A stretch of 35,382 bases of DNA from Octopus bimaculoides (taxonomy: Eukaryota), in contig NC_068984.1 in NCBI RefSeq assembly GCF_001194135.2, forward strand, positions 103,194,380 to 103,229,761, in the 5' to 3' direction. Shown piece by piece: positions 33,102-35,382 of this stretch. A program made the translations under genes and the position numbers. Position 1 is the stretch's first letter. Each line of letters starts with the position of its first letter. The notes under the pieces are model-generated. The model searched no databases, was not told the DNA's origin, and saw only the letters and a list, made by a program, of their open reading frames with translations.

Positions 33102-33754
33102 TTGGTGTCAGACATTATAGTAATCCCTTGTCTTTTACACCAATTTCAAAAGACTTTATAGAAAAAATGTTCCTCAAAGAGAATATTTAGTCTGATTTCA
33201 GTGTTTGAATGTGTGAGAATAAAAAATAATGGGGAATGGCATTACTGTAAATAAGAGCAACATCAAGGCCACCAAATCGATAGCTGACAGTTTTATTCGC
33301 TGCTTTATAGATCATTGAATTATATCTGTGAAGGTGTGGTCGTTAGGCTTTTGTTATCTAATAGAGTCAATTCTAACATGGCTACTTATAGTCATGTAAT
33401 TTCCCTGAGCGATTCTTATTTCAATATCGACATTAATTTCTCTTCTGTAAAGTCGGCAGTTGTTAACTTCAGTGTTATTTGTAACAAATTGTAGCTCATT
33501 TCAAATAGACCACACAGCAATATAACTTATAGTTGACCTTATTCTGATCATTGATTATTTTTGCAAAAAGGTTTCATTTTAATAATTCTAACATTATCTT
33601 GGCTTGCTTTACGCCCTCAATTCTTGATGGAGTTATAAGTTTCCCTAGTGTCATATGGTGTGTCTTGGAGATTCTTTGAACCAGCGGAGACAAACTGAGT
33701 TCGAATCCGATTACAGCCGATTTCTTTCAAAGAGAGGAATACAGAATAAAGAAA

Positions 33755-33885
33755 CTTTATTTATTGACCTCGAAAAGTTGAAAGATTAATTTGGCTTCGG
33801 CCGTGTTTGAACCGTGCTTGAGTGGAGAGAGCCGAAACAAATATTACAATGCAATCTAACCAACTCTCTATCGACTGAGCCAGTT
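33755..33885 (-). mobile_element. Degenerate SINE family B-like copy
   Basis: ttattgacctcgaaaagttgaaag...ttcggccgtgtttgaacc...gagagccgaaacaaatattac...gactgagccag is colinear with the family B copies. Confidence 0.5.
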
Positions 33886-33935
33886 TTGTATATATGACAA
33901 CTTGGTAGTCTTACTAAATGTAACAGTGTGTGTGT

Positions 33936-33981
<46 letters not shown>

Positions 33982-34179
33982 GTGTGTGTGTGGTGTGTGT
34001 GAGTGTGTATGTGCGCGCGTGCGTGTGTGTGTGCACGAGGAGACACCACAAAGATAGCAGTGACGGCAAAATTTGTATTTAGTAAAATCGATAAAATGAC
34101 ACAGTGAACTTGCCTGGGGAGGTGGGAAATCGAACGTTTCGGGTAGAGTCCTTCTTCAAAGAAAAGTTGACAGTTCATA

Positions 34180-34586
34180 GGCGTAGGAGTGGCTATGTGG
34201 TAAGTAGCTTGCTTACCAACCACATGGTCCCGGGTTCAGTCCCACTGCGTGGCATCTTGGGCAAGTGTCTTCTACTATAGCCTCGGGCCGACCAAAGCCT
34301 TGTGAGTGGATTTGGTAGACGGAAACTGAAAGAAGCCTGTCGTATATATGTATATGTATATATATATATATGTGTGTGTTTGTGTGTCTGTGTTTGTCCC
34401 CCCAACATCGCTTGACAACCGATGCTGGTGTGTTTATGTCCCCGTAACTTAGCGGTTCGGCAAAACAGACCGATAGAATAAGTACTAGGCTTACAAAGAA
34501 TAAGTACTGGGGTCGATTTGCTTGACTAAAGGCGGTGCTCCAGCATGGCCACAGTCAAAAGACTGAAACAAGTAAAAGAGTAAAAG
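34180..34586 (+). mobile_element. SINE family A, full length and least diverged
   Basis: Head ggcgtaggagtggctatgtggtaag...gggttcagtccc, internal (TA)/(TG) tract, and tail caagtaaaagagtaaaag. Confidence 0.95.
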
Positions 34587-35110
34587 TTAATAATGAAAGA
34601 CAGCTGAGTGTTACATTATTTAATTTAAGAACCTGACTGCAACTGACCACGGGAGCTTCATACTTAAACAGGTAGTGGTAGGAAAGAGAAACAGTGTGAG
34701 AAGGTTAGAAAGAAGAGGGAATATAAAGGGGAAGAGAAGAGGGCGATGACGAGAATGTGATGAAGAAAAATGATGAAGTAAGACGGGAGTTGAAGCATTC
34801 GAAAGGATTTGATTCTCTATCTAAGAAGAAGTATAAGACTTCAAGGAAAAACGTTCATTCAAATCTATCGGTGGCGTGGTACCAAGTTTGAATATGATAC
34901 GTTGTTCCCTCCGTTGATATGAGAATGTGAATCCATAGTGTGCGGCGATGTTGTACACTTATAAGTGTGTGAGTGGATGTATATTGTCATTATTAGGGTT
35001 ACTAATATTTCTCTCATGTTTTGATAAGGACATTTTTTCTAAAAAAAAAACATTTAAAGAAGACAATATGTATAAAATCATAACCTTAGCAATCGTAATA
35101 TTGACTTCAG

Positions 35111-35308
35111 ATTTCGGAACAAAGTCCAACAATTTAGTGGGGCTGGAGTAAGTTGCTTACATCAACTCTAGTACTCAGCTGGTGCTTATTTTACCAGCTC
35201 TGGACGGATGAAACTGGAAGCCGACTTTGATGGAACATAAGGACGAATGAAATGTTGCCAAGCATTTTGCCCGATGTGCTAACGACCCTGCCAACCAACT
35301 CGTCGCCT
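35111..35308 (-). mobile_element. SINE family B, diverged
   Basis: ctggtgcttatttt...ggatgaaactggaagccgactttgatggaa...gcattttgcccgatgtgctaacgaccctgcc...cgtcgcct. Confidence 0.8.
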
Positions 35309-35324
35309 TAGCGAAGGTAGTATC

Positions 35325-35326
<2 letters not shown>

Positions 35327-35382
<56 letters not shown>
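35327..35382. repeat. (GT)n microsatellite
   Basis: Read directly; runs to the window end. Confidence 0.97.

Overview
AT-rich, repeat-dense eukaryotic (animal) genomic DNA from a draft assembly, with 8 N-gaps totalling about 2.5 kb, 7 of them abutting (AT)n. The SINE families resemble those I recall from Octopus, so a coleoid cephalopod origin is an inference. No intact protein-coding gene is supported: the long ORFs in the track are artefacts of N-runs or microsatellites. The window is a mosaic of decayed mobile DNA. It holds a Helitron RepHel 5' fragment with 23-aa STPR-like repeats, a complete 308-bp non-autonomous Helitron, mariner and DD37D (maT) transposase relics, hAT relics and MITEs, two clear RTE LINE 3' ends, a triple-C2H2 fragment that is probably a third LINE end, three tRNA-derived SINE families, a 190-bp foldback element, minisatellites and many microsatellites. 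The leads most worth testing are: (i) type-I hammerhead-ribozyme-like motifs, the best at 15564-15670 (-) in a probable Penelope-like 3' end; (ii) the C2H2 zinc-finger LINE-like tail at 24861-25255; (iii) all copies of one SINE family lying on the minus strand; (iv) an inverted SINE pair that could form an ADAR substrate; and (v) two isolated candidate exons. None is demonstrated to be a novel system.
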